27,073 nt of DNA, taken from contig JAHHIK010000110.1 in assembly GCA_019358935.1 (NCBI GenBank), positions 1 through 27,073 of the forward strand, written 5' to 3'. The notes under the pieces are model-generated. The model saw nothing but the letters and a program-made list of their open reading frames with translations. It ran no database searches and was not told the DNA's origin. Numbering within the stretch: position 1 is the first letter of the stretch; every line of letters begins with the position of its first letter. The stretch is from Tolypothrix carrinoi HA7290-LM1. Its GTDB lineage: Bacteria > Cyanobacteriota > Cyanobacteriia > Cyanobacteriales > Nostocaceae. Both the position numbers and the translations under genes were made by a program. Shown piece after piece: positions 25,403-27,073 of this stretch.

Positions 25403-27073
25403 ATGAAACAGAGTTGGAAAACGCTCTTTCTGTTAACCTTGCCCCTAACGACCTGTTGTACTCTTGGTTCGATAACCAGCGCAAGAGCGCAAATCACTCC
25501 AGATAACAGTTTGGGTGCAGAAAGTTCGAGCATTGGTCCTGATAATATTCAAGGTATTTCCTTTGATCGGATTCGTGGGGGTGCAACTCGCGGGGCAAAC
25601 CTCTTCCACAGTTTTCAGGAATTCAACGTTGGGAATGGACAGCTAGTCTATTTTTCCAATCCAGCGGGAATCGGAAATATTCTCACTCGCGTCACTGGGG
25701 TAAATCGCTCCAATATTTTAGGCAGACTTGGAGTTTTGGGTAACGCCAATCTCTTCTTGATAAATCCCAACGGAATTTTCTTTGGACCGAATTCCAGTTT
25801 AGATGTGCGTGGTTCTTTTTTGGGAAGTACAGCAAATAGTCTTATATTTGACAATGGATTTGAATTTAGTGCCACCAACCCCATCGCACCACCATTGTTA
25901 ACCGTGAATATTCCCATTGGCTTGCGATTTCGGGATAATCCGGGAAATATTACTAATCAATCTGTGGTGCGGGATAACACTCGTTCTACTGTAGGTCTTC
26001 GGGTAAATCCAGGAAACTCCTTGGCGCTAGTAGGTGGTAACGTCAGTTTAGAACAGGGTGGGAGACTGACAGCAGCAGGAGGAAGAATTGAGTTAGGAGG
26101 ATTGGCAGGAGCGGGAACTGTAGGATTAGAGACTACTGGCAATACGTTTAAGTTGAACTTCCCAGCCAATAGTTCGCTCTCGAATGTCACTTTAGCCAAT
26201 GATGCACTAGCAGCCGTGCTGGGCAATGGGGAAGGCGACATTGCAGTTAACGCCAATATCTTTACAGCAACCAATGGTGGGCGACTGGTAGGCGGTACAC
26301 GAGGCGGAGGAAACGGAGGCAATATCACCGTCAATTCCAATGAGTTCAACATCTCTGGTGTGGGACCGCAAACTGGATTTGGGGCTGGAATCTACCAACA
26401 AGTAATAGGTAATGACTCTAGTAATGCTGGTAATATCACCGTTAATACCAAATCGTTTAATGCTTCATCAGGCGGGCAGTTGCAAAACAGTGTACTGTCT
26501 GGAGCAGTAGGTAATGCGGGTAACATCGAATTAAACACTGACAACCTGATTCTCAGCAACGCTCAAATAAATTCCAGCACCTTTGGCAGAGGAAATGCAG
26601 GCAACGTGACGCTTCGGGCAGAAAACGGAGATATCTCGCTTGCTGGTGGGAGTTTCATCTTCAGTACGGTGGAGTCTGGAGGAATGGGCAATGCTGGGAA
26701 AATTGATGTTATCACCAGAAATCTTTCCCTGACTGGTGGTTCTCAACTGCAAACTTTAGTTCGCGCCGGGGAACAGAGTAATGCTGGTAACATTACCGTT
26801 CAAGCTAGTGGCACTGTTAGGATTGCTGGTCGCGATTCATCACAAGAAAATCCAAATCCTAGTGGTATTTTTAGCACTTTGGGGTCAGGAGCCAGTGGTA
26901 ATGCGGGCAATATTACCATCAACGCTGGTTCTATCTTCACTGATGACGCTTCATTAAGAACAACAAATGCAGGTACTGGAATTGCAGGAGATATCACTCT
27001 CAATGCTCGCGATCAAATTTCCATCGCAGAAAGTCGAATCTCGGCTCAAGGAAATCAGGGGGGGATTTTCATT
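25403..27073 (+). CDS. Filamentous hemagglutinin-like TpsA exoprotein 2 (partial, runs off the window; absent from the ORF track)
   Basis: ATG at 25403: MKQSWKTLFLLTLPLTTCCTLGSITSARAQITPDNSLGAESS...NLFHSFQEFNV...LINPNGIFFG, then GNAGNI repeats. Confidence 0.92.
   Translation, partial: MKQSWKTLFLLTLPLTTCCTLGSITSARAQITPDNSLGAESSSIGPDNIQGISFDRIRGGATRGANLFHSFQEFNVGNGQLVYFSNPAGIGNILTRVTGVNRSNILGRLGVLGNANLFLINPNGIFFGPNSSLDVRGSFLGSTANSLIFDNGFEFSATNPIAPPLLTVNIPIGLRFRDNPGNITNQSVVRDNTRSTVGLRVNPGNSLALVGGNVSLEQGGRLTAAGGRIELGGLAGAGTVGLETTGNTFKLNFPANSSLSNVTLANDALAAVLGNGEGDIAVNANIFTATNGGRLVGGTRGGGNGGNITVNSNEFNISGVGPQTGFGAGIYQQVIGNDSSNAGNITVNTKSFNASSGGQLQNSVLSGAVGNAGNIELNTDNLILSNAQINSSTFGRGNAGNVTLRAENGDISLAGGSFIFSTVESGGMGNAGKIDVITRNLSLTGGSQLQTLVRAGEQSNAGNITVQASGTVRIAGRDSSQENPNPSGIFSTLGSGASGNAGNITINAGSIFTDDASLRTTNAGTGIAGDITLNARDQISIAESRISAQGNQGGIFI

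Noticed and set aside
20799..27003. Numerous minus-strand ORFs across the TpsA genes, and similar ORFs opposite psbDC
   Set aside because: Antisense shadows of real genes caused by codon bias.

Overview
Cyanobacterial chromosomal window, probably from a heterocyst-forming Nostocales strain (dense HIP1 GCGATCGC sites, STRR-type heptamer repeats, xisH/xisI). Gene order: psbC-psbD (minus strand), ycf4, a tnpB-only IS200/IS605 element, cyclophilin, FabF-like ketosynthase, BT1 folate/biopterin transporter, carotenoid oxygenase, disrupted xisH, xisI, a hypothetical gene cut by a second tnpB element, glutamate dehydrogenase, a Ser/Thr kinase with TPRs, and a two-partner secretion locus (TpsB plus two TpsA genes, the second running off the window). 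The most unusual signal is non-coding: at least eight copies of a 45-nt or 57-nt mini-element. The copies differ in sequence but share a covarying bulged stem. They nest inside one another and sit in-frame inside tnpB, fabF and the BT1 gene. A 239-bp insertion in xisH has IS200/IS605-type junctions (TTAT|...TCAA). The two tnpB elements show guide/target tetranucleotide covariation. All analysis was by eye; no searches or folding programs were run.
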